The position numbers and the translations under genes are program-made. The notes under the pieces are model-generated. The model was not told where the DNA came from. It saw nothing but the letters and a program-made list of their open reading frames with translations, and made no database searches. A stretch of DNA of 64,000 nt from Chiloscyllium plagiosum (lineage: Eukaryota), in NCBI RefSeq assembly GCF_004010195.1, contig NC_057718.1, forward strand, positions 50,588,747 to 50,652,746. Reading direction: 5' to 3'. Numbering within the stretch: position 1 is the first letter of the stretch; each line of letters begins with the position of its first letter. Below are positions 63,593 through 64,000 of this stretch, piece after piece.

Positions 63593-64000
63593 CTTTGAAA
63601 AGAAGGTTCTAGTTGCGTATCTGAAATCCATGGATAAATGAACACTGAGATTGTTCTCTACGAAGATGATCCACATTCAGATGTGGACAAAACATTTTTT
63701 CAACATCAAATCACATTTCATTTCACTTCATACCAATATATGCTGCAATTTCCCTCCAGGATACCATCATCACTGAGCAGCGCTGACCTCCCAGCCTGAC
63801 CTCTTTTGCAAGGATCTCTAATCTGCACATAGGACCTAATGCTACAATGAAAGAAATTGCTAATGGGATCAAATATACCCTGATGATCTCGAAAACATTG
63901 TCTTCTCTGAGTGAGCCATGAAGGGAGATCTGCAAACAATAGGAAGGCAATAGAGAGGAAGAAGAAAATTCAGTTTAAATATGACAATAGATGTCTATTA

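Overview
Eukaryotic, repeat-dominated DNA with no recognisable host protein-coding gene. HE1-type tRNA-derived SINEs and HER1/CR1-type LINEs point to a cartilaginous fish (shark/ray); this is an inference. The window is a layered graveyard of CR1 LINEs, Rex1/Babar LINEs and their non-autonomous derivatives, a Mag-like Ty3/Gypsy remnant, two solo LTRs, Tigger-like MITEs, Harbinger fossils, and many Penelope-like elements (PLEs; RT + Cys-rich linker + GIY-YIG, Neptune-type) from three families. All three PLE families carry a minimal hammerhead-ribozyme (HHR) motif at the 3' end. Most notable: (1) at least five single insertions bounded by one target-site duplication (TSD) consist of two PLE 3' ends pointing outward, one with and one without a ~34-37 nt tail; (2) one of these (61243-61732) sandwiches a 260-bp, ~98% identical copy of DNA lying 1.28 kb downstream, joined by microhomology at the ribozyme; (3) several other short templated copies of nearby DNA occur, including a reciprocal inverted pair at 30.6-33.6 kb; (4) a four-level nest CR1>Rex1>PLE>PLE with readable TSDs. 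All alignments and identities were made by eye; boundaries of old repeats are approximate.
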